This document shows positions 19,681 through 28,875 of a DNA stretch of 64,000 nt, piece by piece. The notes under the pieces were generated by a model. It saw nothing but the letters and a program-made list of their open reading frames with translations, did no database searches and was not told the DNA's origin. Each line of letters begins with the position of its first letter. The first letter of the stretch is position 1. The translations under genes were made by a program, and so were the position numbers. The stretch is from Nitrosopumilaceae archaeon (lineage in GTDB: Archaea; Thermoproteota; Nitrososphaeria; Nitrososphaerales; Nitrosopumilaceae), in assembly GCA_965203465.1 (NCBI GenBank), contig CBDBCR010000001.1, positions 352,001 to 416,000 of the forward strand. The letters run 5' to 3'.

Positions 19681-19718
19681 CACAATTCTTATTTACCTCG
19701 TAGTTTTCCGCCCGCTCC

Positions 19719-21818
19719 GTGAGCGAGGGTCTTGCGGGGCGGGCGTCCGTGGAGGAGGCGCCGTGGGAGAACCTGAGCCACAGCGCCTCCAAGCGCGTCC
19801 GGGACATATTCGCGGTCATGACCAACCGCAACCGCATCGACATACTGAGGATACTCCACGCAAAGGGCTCGCAGACCTACTCGGAGCTGAAGGCCTTCGC
19901 CGGCTTCCGGTCCAAAAAAGAGAGCGGCAAGTTCGCCTACCACCTGCGCAAGCTGGGCAAGCTCAACTTGGTCTCGCTCAACAAGCTGGAGCGCCGCTAC
20001 GCGCTGACAAACCGCGGCAAGCTCGTCCTCACCCTGATGAAGCAGCTCGAGGACCGCTCGATGGCCGAGAGCGGCAAGACCTACGTGAGGTCCTCGGACG
20101 AATCCATATCAGAGTTCGACCCCGACAAGATAACCGAATCGCTGCTGCGCGAGGGCGGGCTGCCTCCCGAGCTGGCGCAAAAGACGACCGAGGAGGCGGA
20201 GAACCGCCTCACAAAGCACGCCACCTCCTACCTGACCGGCCCGCTCATACGCGAGCAGGTCAACTCGATACTGCTCGAGAACGGCCACCAAGAATACCGC
20301 AACAAGCTGGCGCGCCTCGGCATGCCCGTCTTCGACGTGGCGTCCATGCTATCAAACGCAGAGGCTGCCAACGACGGGCTGCACCGCATGCTGCTCTGGT
20401 CGGGCCGGCGCATAATGCGCGAGTACCTGCTCAGCACCGCGCTGACCAAGAACATAACCGACATGCACCTTGCCGGCGACGTGCACATCGACAACGCCGG
20501 CCAGTGGCAGACCCTGCCCGATACGGTCTTCGTCAACGCCAAGGATCTGCTCGACGGCGACGCCTCGCTGGGCGGCAAGTGCCTCGGGGTCTCGCGCGCC
20601 ACGCCGGCCGACCCCTCGTCGCTTCTGGCCATATCCATATCGCTGCTCGCCCGCGAGGCCTCCGAGGAGGTGGTCATAGACGGGCTGCTCCAGGCGCTGC
20701 CCCGCAGCCGCGACCTAAAGGACGTGCTGCTGCGCGCCTTCATGGCCGCCTCGGTCTCGCTCTCGCCGTCGGACACGGTCGTGTCGATACGGGTCTCGCT
20801 ATCGTCCGGTTCCAGGCAGGTCTCGGCCCTGCTAGAGGCGTACGCCGAGTACGTAAAGGCGACGCCGGCCCCGTCCATATCGCTGGTCATAGACCCCGAA
20901 AAGGGCGGCGTGGAGTCGGTCTCGGAGAGGCTGGCCCCCGTGGTGGCAGCCGGCGGCCTGGTCGCCTTCGCGCGCGGCCGGATCTCCTCGCGCGGCCTGG
21001 CCAACCATTCGAAGGCGCCCTCTTCGCTCCAGCTCCAGTCCGTCACCATAAACCTGCCGCGCCTGGCGCTCGGCTCGTCGCACGACCCGTCGTTCTTCCG
21101 CGCGCGCCTGGCCATCCTGCTCGACCAGGTGCTGGTGCCGATGGAGGAGCGCAAAAAGGACGTCTCGGACATGGTACGGCGCGGCCTCAGCCCGGTGCTC
21201 GCGTCCAACACGCAGTACATGCACAGGGGCAGCATGGCCATGGTGGTGAACTTGGCCGGCCTCGACGAGGCGGTAGTGAACATACTGGGCAACGGGCGCG
21301 ACAGGCAGGGCCACCAGGTGATGTACAAGGTCGTCGAGACGGCGGTCGACAAGGCGGCCGACAAGACCGCCAAGATAGGCTCGGAGGTGGCCATATCCCT
21401 GGTGCGCGGCGGCGATCCGGCCCGCTTCGCCTCGGCCGACAGCGAAAAGTACGGCAAGAGCGAGGTCTTCGGCGAATCCGAGATGGTGCCGTATTCGGAG
21501 GGCGTGGTGATCAGCGCCGACTCGCTGGCCTCGCTGACCCCGCGCAGCGACATCGTCTCGCTGTGCACAAAGCTCAACCGCCTCCTAAAGGGGAGCCTGC
21601 TGGTGCGCGTCGTGCTGCGGCGGGGCACGCCGGCGGCCCAGATAAAGGAGATACTGGAAAAGTCGGCCTCGCTGTTCTCGTCGTTCTGCCCCGTCGTCGA
21701 GGTGCCCCTCTGCGGCGAGTGCGGCTTCAAGGGCGACGGGTTTGCGGAAAAGTGCCCGAAATGCAAGTCCTCGTACATACTGCTCTGCAGGCCGTGGGAG
21801 CGCCCCTCCCAGTCCTAG
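19719..21818 (+). CDS. ArsR-type HTH - ATP-cone - NrdD-like (class III RNR-like) fusion protein
   Basis: N-terminal HTH (KESGKFAYHLRKL), ATP cone (EFDPDKITESL), HLAGDVHI and SVTINLPRLAL, C-terminal CGEC..CPKC. Confidence 0.85.
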   Translation: MSEGLAGRASVEEAPWENLSHSASKRVRDIFAVMTNRNRIDILRILHAKGSQTYSELKAFAGFRSKKESGKFAYHLRKLGKLNLVSLNKLERRYALTNRGKLVLTLMKQLEDRSMAESGKTYVRSSDESISEFDPDKITESLLREGGLPPELAQKTTEEAENRLTKHATSYLTGPLIREQVNSILLENGHQEYRNKLARLGMPVFDVASMLSNAEAANDGLHRMLLWSGRRIMREYLLSTALTKNITDMHLAGDVHIDNAGQWQTLPDTVFVNAKDLLDGDASLGGKCLGVSRATPADPSSLLAISISLLAREASEEVVIDGLLQALPRSRDLKDVLLRAFMAASVSLSPSDTVVSIRVSLSSGSRQVSALLEAYAEYVKATPAPSISLVIDPEKGGVESVSERLAPVVAAGGLVAFARGRISSRGLANHSKAPSSLQLQSVTINLPRLALGSSHDPSFFRARLAILLDQVLVPMEERKKDVSDMVRRGLSPVLASNTQYMHRGSMAMVVNLAGLDEAVVNILGNGRDRQGHQVMYKVVETAVDKAADKTAKIGSEVAISLVRGGDPARFASADSEKYGKSEVFGESEMVPYSEGVVISADSLASLTPRSDIVSLCTKLNRLLKGSLLVRVVLRRGTPAAQIKEILEKSASLFSSFCPVVEVPLCGECGFKGDGFAEKCPKCKSSYILLCRPWERPSQS

Positions 21819-21967
21819 CGGTTCCGGCCGCGGCGGGCCCGCTCGTTATATGCTTAACTGAATGCGAGCGGCCCCGGGCCGCCGGCGCCGGTGGAAAATT
21901 TTTCAACCCAAAGTCAACTTTCTGCGCGCGCTAGGTTTAAAGACACAGCGTTTGAACCCCCTCCCAT

Positions 21968-24631
21968 ATGAGCAAGACCGGCATGGATCGCGAAACCCCA
22001 GAGGCGCCGGCCATCGAGCAGATAAGGAAGCGCAACGGGAAACTGACCGTCTTCGACCCCGAAAAGATCCGCAGCGCCGTGTACCGGGCGCACGCCTCGA
22101 TAGGCAAGCCCGACCGCGACCTGGCCGGCAGGGTCTGCGAGCGCGTCATGGACCGGATAAAGAGGGACCTGGACGCGCGCCGCGAGCACCCCACCGTCGA
22201 GGCCATACAGGACGTCGTGGAATCGACCCTCATAGACATGAAGCTGAGCGCCATAGCAAAGGCCTACATCGTGTACCGCCTCGAGAGGCGCAAGCTGCGC
22301 GACGAAAAGATGTCCATACTCAACGCCGAAGAGCTCGATCCCGTCTCCAAGGACTTTGACGTAAACTGCCTGAGGGTGCTGGCCTCGAGGTACCTCATGC
22401 GCAACAACAAGAACGAGATAACAGAGAGCCCTACGCAGATGTTCGAGAGGGTGGCGCTGCTGGTCGGCATAGGCGACATGCTCTACGACCAGTCGATCTT
22501 TGACAAGAGCGGCGGGCACCGGCAGGACCCCGCCGAGGCCAGGGAGTACTATACAAAGCTGGACAACTTTGACAACAAGTTCTCCGTGGGCCCCTACTAC
22601 CTCAACAAGTACCACTTTAGGGCCCTGATAGGCCACTACGCGGAGCTGGCCTCGGCCGGCCGGATGAAGGTCGGCTTCAAGGAGCTGCTGACCATGCTGG
22701 CAGCGCACAAGCTCGATTCGTACGCCGAGAGGATATCGTCGTACTTTGAGCTGATGGCCTCGCAGGACTTTCTGCCCAACTCGCCTACCATGATGAACGC
22801 CGGCGGCCGGCTCGGGCAGCTCTCCGCCTGCTTTGTGCTCGACATGCCCGACGACATGGAGGGGATAATGAAGTCCACCTCGGACGCGGCCCTCATATTC
22901 AAGTCCGGCGGCGGGGTGGGCATAAACTACTCGGACCTGAGGCAGGAGGGGGACATCGTGGCCTCGACGTCGGGCGTGGCCTCCGGGCCGGTCTCGTTCA
23001 TGAACATCATAAACACCGTCACCGAGGTAGTAAAGCAGGGGGGCAAGAGGCGCGGGGCCAACATGGGGATACTGGAGGTCTGGCACCCCGACGTCGAAAA
23101 GTTCATCTCCAACAAGACGCAGGCCGGCGTGCTCGAGAATTTCAACGTCAGCGTCGGGATGTGGGAGGACTTTTGGAAGGCCCTGGTGGACGACAAGAAC
23201 GGCAAGTACATGCTGCGCGGCAGCCGCGACAGGGGCCCCGTAAAGGAGACCAGCGCGCACCAGATATTCGACCTCATAGCCCTGTCGGCGTGGAAGAGCG
23301 CCGAGCCGGGGCTGATATTCTTCGATCAGATAAACAAGTACAACGTCTTCGCAAAGGCGCGCGGCGGGCCGCTGCGCGCGACCAACCCGTGCGGCGAGCA
23401 GAGCCTCTACCCGTACGAGTCGTGCAATTTGGGATCCATAAACCTGGCCAACATGGTAAAGCGGCAGGGCGAGGGCTACGAGTTCGACTGGCAGCGCTAC
23501 GAGCAGATAATACGGCAGACCACGCGGTTCCTCGACGACATCATCGACGTCAACAACTACCCGGTCCCCGAGATCGACTCGGCCTCCAAGGAGTCGCGCA
23601 GGATTGGCCTCGGGGTGATGGGCGTGGCCGACCTGCTGTACAAGCTAAAGATACCGTACAACTCGAAAGAGGGCTACGAGCTCCAGTCGGCCCTGGCAGA
23701 GGCGCTCACGTACTATTCGATGGAGGAGAGCGTAGAGCTGGCAAAGTCGCGCGGGCAGTTTTCGCTCTGCCCCCGGACAGAATACCCCGACGGCAAGGTG
23801 CCCGTCGCGGGGTACTACGAGACCGACGCGTCCGAATCCGCCTACGAGTGGGACGCGCTGATAGACAAGGTGCGCAGGTACGGCGTGCGCAACGTGCTGA
23901 CCACCACGGTGGCCCCCACGGGCACGCTCTCGATGATCGCCGACTGCAGCAACGGCATGGAGCCGACCTTCGCGCTCGTCTTCGAAAAGCGCGTGACCGT
24001 CGGGAGGTTCTTTTACACCAACAAGATATTCGAAAAGGCGCTGCGCGACTGCGGCCTGTACTCTGACGAGCTGCTCAAAAAGATAGCCGACAACTACGGC
24101 TCGGTGCAGGGCATGGACGAGATACCCGAGTGGATGAGGCGCGTCTTCGTGACGGCCATGGACATACACTGGGCCGACCACCTGTACGCGCAGTCCATAT
24201 GGCAGAGGTGGATAGGCAACGCGATAGCAAAGACGATAAACATGCCCTACGACGTGACCGTCGAGGACGTAAAGGCGGCGTATTTGCTGGCCCACGAGAT
24301 GGGCCTAAAGGGGATAACCGTGTACAGGGACGGCTCGCGCCACGCGCAGGTGCTCCACATGACCAGCTCGCAGGCCGCGAAGAACTTCGACGTGGCGCCC
24401 ACCGGCCACGTGACCGACTTTGTGCGGCGCCACGCGGCCAACCCCTACATACGGGCCCAGATAGACGAGGCGCTGCGCCTCAAAGAGCCGCCCGAGCCGG
24501 TCCCCGACGCCGAGGCGCCTGCCCCCGAGATGGACCGCGAGACGTGCCCCGCGTGCGCTGCCAACCTGGTCTTCGCCGAGGGGTGCCACCTGTGCATCGA
24601 GTGCGGGCACAGCGGCTGCACTTCCGGGTAG
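21968..24631 (+). CDS. nrdJ: Adenosylcobalamin-dependent class II ribonucleotide reductase with ATP cone
   Basis: PNSPT, GQLSACF, TNPCGEQ, CNLGSINL, APTGT and KGITVYRDGSR motifs. Confidence 0.96.
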   Translation: MSKTGMDRETPEAPAIEQIRKRNGKLTVFDPEKIRSAVYRAHASIGKPDRDLAGRVCERVMDRIKRDLDARREHPTVEAIQDVVESTLIDMKLSAIAKAYIVYRLERRKLRDEKMSILNAEELDPVSKDFDVNCLRVLASRYLMRNNKNEITESPTQMFERVALLVGIGDMLYDQSIFDKSGGHRQDPAEAREYYTKLDNFDNKFSVGPYYLNKYHFRALIGHYAELASAGRMKVGFKELLTMLAAHKLDSYAERISSYFELMASQDFLPNSPTMMNAGGRLGQLSACFVLDMPDDMEGIMKSTSDAALIFKSGGGVGINYSDLRQEGDIVASTSGVASGPVSFMNIINTVTEVVKQGGKRRGANMGILEVWHPDVEKFISNKTQAGVLENFNVSVGMWEDFWKALVDDKNGKYMLRGSRDRGPVKETSAHQIFDLIALSAWKSAEPGLIFFDQINKYNVFAKARGGPLRATNPCGEQSLYPYESCNLGSINLANMVKRQGEGYEFDWQRYEQIIRQTTRFLDDIIDVNNYPVPEIDSASKESRRIGLGVMGVADLLYKLKIPYNSKEGYELQSALAEALTYYSMEESVELAKSRGQFSLCPRTEYPDGKVPVAGYYETDASESAYEWDALIDKVRRYGVRNVLTTTVAPTGTLSMIADCSNGMEPTFALVFEKRVTVGRFFYTNKIFEKALRDCGLYSDELLKKIADNYGSVQGMDEIPEWMRRVFVTAMDIHWADHLYAQSIWQRWIGNAIAKTINMPYDVTVEDVKAAYLLAHEMGLKGITVYRDGSRHAQVLHMTSSQAAKNFDVAPTGHVTDFVRRHAANPYIRAQIDEALRLKEPPEPVPDAEAPAPEMDRETCPACAANLVFAEGCHLCIECGHSGCTSG

Positions 24632-24633
24632 GC

Positions 24634-25161
24634 TTGGAGCGGCGCTACTCCAATTCAATGTGGCAGGCCGGCTACAAGATATTGGGCGACGGCAGGTGGT
24701 TTTTCGGGTGCATGGACGACGCCTCGCGCCTGGTGACGGGGTTCGGCCTCGCCGGCGAGCCCTCGGGGGGCCACGCCCTCGGGGTGATCGCGCGGGCCGT
24801 CTCGGAGCGCGGCAGGCCCGCCTCGGTGCTGACCGGCCGCGTGCGCCCGTTCTACGGCGCGGCCGCGACCGAGTTCGAAAAGGGGCTGGCCGCGCTGGGC
24901 GTGCGGCACCTGCTGCCGTCCCCCGGCCTGACGGTGGGCAAGCTGGCCAGGTTCGGCCAGATGCAGCGCAATCTGCCGGGGTTCGAAGAGGCCTCGGCGC
25001 GCGGCCCGGGGCACGTGGGCGGGCCGTTCTGCACCGACGGGCCGCGGGATCCGGTGGAGAGGCTGGTCGAGTGGCACAACGACGCGCTGCACATGTCGCT
25101 GGGCGGGGGCCAGACGCCCGAGCAGGCGTTCGCGAGCAGGGCGGCCCCCCGGGAAGCCTAG
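24634..25161 (+). mobile_element. Degenerate IS481-like integrase-core (rve) domain ORF
   Basis: YSNSMWQ, DDASR, GRPASVLT and HMSL..QTP resemble IS481 transposases; predicted DDE residues replaced; no HTH or terminal repeats seen. Confidence 0.65.
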
Positions 25162-25236
25162 GCGGGGCCCTGCCGGAGCCCGCGCTGCCGCCTGCGCAAA
25201 CGCGCGCCGCTTTTCTGCGGGGGCCTCGGCGGGCCC

Positions 25237-26286
25237 CTACATCCCCCTCATGTCCAGCCCGATCTCTATCCGGTGCTTGCGCGCCTCGTCCAAATCGAAC
25301 GATTCCACGTGCGTCCTGCCGCAAACCTCGTGCATCTGAAAGACGGACACGTATTCCTTCGACGGCGCTATCTCTATGGCGCGTTCGGCCAGCTCGTCGC
25401 TGTGGGTGGCCAGGAATACCTGGTTGCCGTAGTCCCTGCACCCCCTGAGCAGCTCTTCGACTACGTGGTACATCAGCGCCGGGTGCGTGCTGTTCTCCGG
25501 CCCTTCGATGGCCATCGTGCCCCCCCGCAACAGGTGGCTGGACATGGACAGCAGCACGGCGGAGCGGAATCCGTCGCCCACGAGGCTAATGGGCCTCTTG
25601 GCGCCGCTTTCGAAGAACACGTACGTCTCGCCGCCGATCTGCTGTATGTCGATCACCTCTCGGGTATATCCTTTCAGCCTGGAGACCACGTCGCGCATCT
25701 TGCCGGAACTGGACGCCCGGCTGCACAGCTCTTTTTGCGCAAGATCCGGATTTTTCACAAACAGGCTCGAGCCGGCCGCGGCGCCGGAAGGCGCGGTTTC
25801 GGACAGGATGTCTGCGCCGGCTACGTATAGCCTTCCTAGCACGCGGGAGCCGCCGCGGAAATAAAAGTAAAACTCGCGGCGCGCGCCTTTCCGATCCGAC
25901 GCCCCGCCTTGACTACTAGATCCGATCTCTTTCATCCGCCCGGCATCCGGAATCTCCTCCATGTCGTGCAACGATCCGGCCATTTCCAGCGTCTCGACGG
26001 CGCCCGTGTCCAGAACGCCCCTCACCGCGGCGTTCTTCCTGTCGCCGTGGACGATGTAATCCCAGCCTCCGCCGATCTCGACTCTGCGCCCGAGGATCTG
26101 CTCCAGCGTGCTCTCGCCGAACGCGTTCCTGAACATATGCTGCCCGGAGCTCATCAGGGATATCGCCTCCAGGCACGAGGACTTGCCCGCGTTGTTGCGG
26201 CCCACCAGTATGTTGAGGCGGCCCAGCTTGTCCAGCACCACGTCGTCCGCCCCGCGGAACCCCGAGATCCGTATCTGCTTGTACAC
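25237..26286 (-). CDS. ABC-like AAA ATPase (AAA_15/AAA_21 type)
   Basis: ISGFRG, Walker A GRNNAGKS, VGDGFR signature, IEGPENSTHP and ATHS. Confidence 0.88.
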   Translation of the reverse strand: MYKQIRISGFRGADDVVLDKLGRLNILVGRNNAGKSSCLEAISLMSSGQHMFRNAFGESTLEQILGRRVEIGGGWDYIVHGDRKNAAVRGVLDTGAVETLEMAGSLHDMEEIPDAGRMKEIGSSSQGGASDRKGARREFYFYFRGGSRVLGRLYVAGADILSETAPSGAAAGSSLFVKNPDLAQKELCSRASSSGKMRDVVSRLKGYTREVIDIQQIGGETYVFFESGAKRPISLVGDGFRSAVLLSMSSHLLRGGTMAIEGPENSTHPALMYHVVEELLRGCRDYGNQVFLATHSDELAERAIEIAPSKEYVSVFQMHEVCGRTHVESFDLDEARKHRIEIGLDMRGM

Positions 26287-26413
26287 GCGGGCCGCGCCGC
26301 GGACCCGCCTTTAATTTTGTACGGCCCCGGCGGTTCGGGCAGAGCACTTGGGGAACGCGGGCATCCGGGCGTTTTCGGGGCCGTGCCGAAGGCCGGCCGG
26401 CAGGGGACTTTGG

Positions 26414-27799
26414 CTACCCGAAGCGCAGGCTGCCGCAGAAGCAGCCCGGCTTTACGGCCGGCGTGCGGTGGTCGCAGAACTCGTTGGCCACGTCGACGTA
26501 CGAGACCGAGCCGCCCGATCCGCCGTACATGCCCAGCAGCCCGAGGAGCTTGTCGGTGCCCAGGCACGCGGCCCACGTGGTGAGCGTGACCGCCGACGGC
26601 TGGTGCGGCTCGTAGTACCCCGACTCCTCCTTTGCCCTCCTCTGCCCCTCGTCGAGGCACTCGTCTGCCAGCCTCATGCCGTCGATCTGGCCCGTGCACC
26701 ACAGGCACGCCGTGGAAGGGGTGACCAGCTGCGCGCGTATCGTGGCCTCGAACCTGCCTTTCGTGACCACGTTGCAGCCCACGTCGATGAGGGGGCGGTA
26801 GTGCTCCAGCGCCGCGGCGTTGAGGCGGTCCCTGCTCCTCATGCTGTCGGTGCAGCAGATCACCGCGTCCGATTCCATGGCGGCCTCCAGGTGCTCTTTC
26901 CGGCAGACGTCGCCCACCGTCGAGCGCACCTCCGAGTCGGAGAACGATTCCAGGTGCTCGCGCACCACGTCCGCCTTGGCGGCCCCCACGTGCCTCCTGG
27001 AGGATCCGTGGAGCCTGCTGACGTTGCTCTCCTCGACCGAGTCGGGATCGATCAGCCTAATGCGCCGCACCCCCAGCCGCGCAAGCTGCACGGCCACGCC
27101 GGATCCCACGCCGCCGGCGCCCACCACGCACACGTCCAGGCCGCGCACGCGCCCGTGCGTCTCCGGGCCCAGCATGGACGCCTGGCGCGCGTAGACGCCG
27201 CCGGCCGCTCCGTCCCGCCGGCACGGCGCGCCCCGGTCCGCGCGCCCCAGCGTCTTTCCCACCACGTCTATCCTGGATACCGTGTGGTCGCTTCCGCCGT
27301 GGTGCGCCACGGCGTGCATGCCCGCGCCGCTCACCACCGCGCTTGCGGCGGGGCGGCCGTCGAGCAGCTCGGCCATGTCGCGGAAGAACGTCCTGTTGGC
27401 GCTCTCGTCCGTGCCGCTGAACGACGGGGGGTGGTCGGGGGACGGGTGCGTGTGGACGAACAGCAGGCACGAGCCGGCCCTGTCGGCCTCTTCGACCGCC
27501 CTGTTGAGGTACGCCGACGACGGGCTGATGCTGCCGGGCCCCCGCTCGGACCACGAGCCAGGCCCGGGCAGCACGGCTTCCCTGACCAGAAGGCGCTGCC
27601 CTGATCCCGACGCGTGCCAGTCGGCCCTCAGATAGCACCCGTTTTCGAGCGGGCTCCCCTCCTCCAGGAACGCGGACACGCGCTCGTACAGGCCAGACGG
27701 GAACGCTATGGCCCACTCTTGGCGGGGCGCGCCTTTGGATTTTTCGTCCTTCCGGGCTGGCGCCGCGGGGCGGCCCGGCCGTCTGCTAAAAAGCGGCAC
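26414..27799 (-). CDS. JAB metallopeptidase fused to a ThiF/E1-like ubiquitin-activating enzyme
   Basis: E...HTHP....FSGTD JAB motif; GAGGVGS, DPDSVEESNVSR, CTDS, CLWC and terminal CFC E1 motifs. Confidence 0.92.
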   Translation of the reverse strand: MPLFSRRPGRPAAPARKDEKSKGAPRQEWAIAFPSGLYERVSAFLEEGSPLENGCYLRADWHASGSGQRLLVREAVLPGPGSWSERGPGSISPSSAYLNRAVEEADRAGSCLLFVHTHPSPDHPPSFSGTDESANRTFFRDMAELLDGRPAASAVVSGAGMHAVAHHGGSDHTVSRIDVVGKTLGRADRGAPCRRDGAAGGVYARQASMLGPETHGRVRGLDVCVVGAGGVGSGVAVQLARLGVRRIRLIDPDSVEESNVSRLHGSSRRHVGAAKADVVREHLESFSDSEVRSTVGDVCRKEHLEAAMESDAVICCTDSMRSRDRLNAAALEHYRPLIDVGCNVVTKGRFEATIRAQLVTPSTACLWCTGQIDGMRLADECLDEGQRRAKEESGYYEPHQPSAVTLTTWAACLGTDKLLGLLGMYGGSGGSVSYVDVANEFCDHRTPAVKPGCFCGSLRFG

Positions 27800-27801
27800 G
27801 C

Positions 27802-28194
27802 TCAGTCACCGTTCTCGAACCTCCGGTCCACGTATTCCATGAAACTGGCCAGGTCGTCCCTGGCGGGATCCCATCCGCAGTCGGCGTACGGGTGGATGCT
27901 CCACTGCAGCCATTCTTTCCCCATGTGGGCCACCGTAAAGGTGCCCTCCGGCCGCCCGTCGCCCTTGAGCAGGGTGTCGCACGGGGTGAAAAACATGTCG
28001 AACGGGGTCTTGGGGTAGTGTACGGTGTTTGTGATCATCACGCTAGTCCTGTCCCTGTTGTACCGTGCAGACCGTATGGGATAGTCCGCAAACACGACGT
28101 ACACCATCTCGTTTTCCGCGCGCACCACGGTGCCCCGTAGGCCCCGCCTGCCCTCGAACTCTTTTACCTCGCCGAGCAGCTGCTGCGGGATCAT
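27802..28194 (-). CDS. Prokaryotic E2-like protein (Prok-E2 family E)
   Basis: YN...YPKTPFDMFF...WLQWSIH...WDPARDDL pattern; sits between the Ubl and E1 genes. Confidence 0.85.
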   Translation of the reverse strand: MIPQQLLGEVKEFEGRRGLRGTVVRAENEMVYVVFADYPIRSARYNRDRTSVMITNTVHYPKTPFDMFFTPCDTLLKGDGRPEGTFTVAHMGKEWLQWSIHPYADCGWDPARDDLASFMEYVDRRFENGD

Positions 28195-28451
28195 GCGCCG
28201 TACGTGTTGCTCCTTCGTATCGCGCGCAACTGCATGCCCGGCGTGACCGAAACTTCGTGCTCCCTGTCAAGCGGCTCCCCGCCGACCCCCACGACGAACA
28301 GGTCGTATTCGTTGATCTCGCTGTCCGGATATCCGGCCTTTTCGAGCAGCTCCGCCACTGTGGCCTGCCCGCCGGGGCCCAGACTGACGGTCTTTTTGTT
28401 TATTTTTATCTCGACGGCCGGGTTTTCGCTCGGCGCGTCCACGTTGCTCAT
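28191..28451 (-). CDS. Ubiquitin-like (beta-grasp, multi-ubiquitin type) protein
   Basis: IKINKKTV..ATVAELLEKAG..YDLFV...EVSVTPGMQL pattern; ends NTYG-A; ATGA overlap with E2. Confidence 0.82.
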   Translation of the reverse strand: MSNVDAPSENPAVEIKINKKTVSLGPGGQATVAELLEKAGYPDSEINEYDLFVVGVGGEPLDREHEVSVTPGMQLRAIRRSNTYGA

Positions 28452-28472
28452 TGGGAAGCGTGCGGAGGCCGC

Positions 28473-28503
28473 GTTAATATTTCTTTTAACATTGCATATT
28501 TAA
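28473..28503. promoter_or_regulatory. AT-rich divergent promoter region with the inverted repeat GTTAA-N8-TTAAC
   Basis: Lies between the divergent starts at 28451 (-) and 28528 (+). Confidence 0.45.
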
Positions 28504-28527
28504 GCCCGAAGTTTCACGCCCGCGGCG

Positions 28528-28866
28528 TTGGATCCGGCCGGTTTCGATCAAAGCTCCGTCTTGGTAAGCTCGTCCATACTGGCGGGCCTGCTCGGTGCGG
28601 GGTTTTTTGCGGCCCAGCAGCTTGCCCGCGGCACGTATTCGGATCCAAGGCCGACTATAATGCCCTTGTACGCGTTCGGCCTGCTCTCGGTAATCTTTCC
28701 GTTCGCGATTATAATGGCCGTGATCGCCGGGCTGTACCACGCGTATCTTCACTTTGCGCTGCTTTCTGGCATGCTTGCGTGCGTTGGACTGTATTTGCGC
28801 CTCTTGTACAAAATGCGCTACGACGAGTATTCGTACGGAGCGTGGAGCGACAATACGACGCGCTGA
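28528..28866 (+). CDS. Small multi-pass membrane protein
   Basis: Three to four hydrophobic helices. Confidence 0.6.
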   Translation: MDPAGFDQSSVLVSSSILAGLLGAGFFAAQQLARGTYSDPRPTIMPLYAFGLLSVIFPFAIIMAVIAGLYHAYLHFALLSGMLACVGLYLRLLYKMRYDEYSYGAWSDNTTR

Positions 28867-28875
28867 CCCACAGCG

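Noticed and set aside
19763-21934. Long alternative-frame ORFs here and at 11782, 34973, 55329 and 59278
   Set aside because: Arg/Gly/Ala/Pro-rich shadow ORFs typical of high-GC DNA, overlapping well-supported genes.
26414-28451. ThiS/MoaD-type sulfur relay, SAMP system or CBASS Cap2/Cap3
   Set aside because: A separate E2-like gene is present, and there are no cofactor biosynthesis genes and no CD-NTase nearby.
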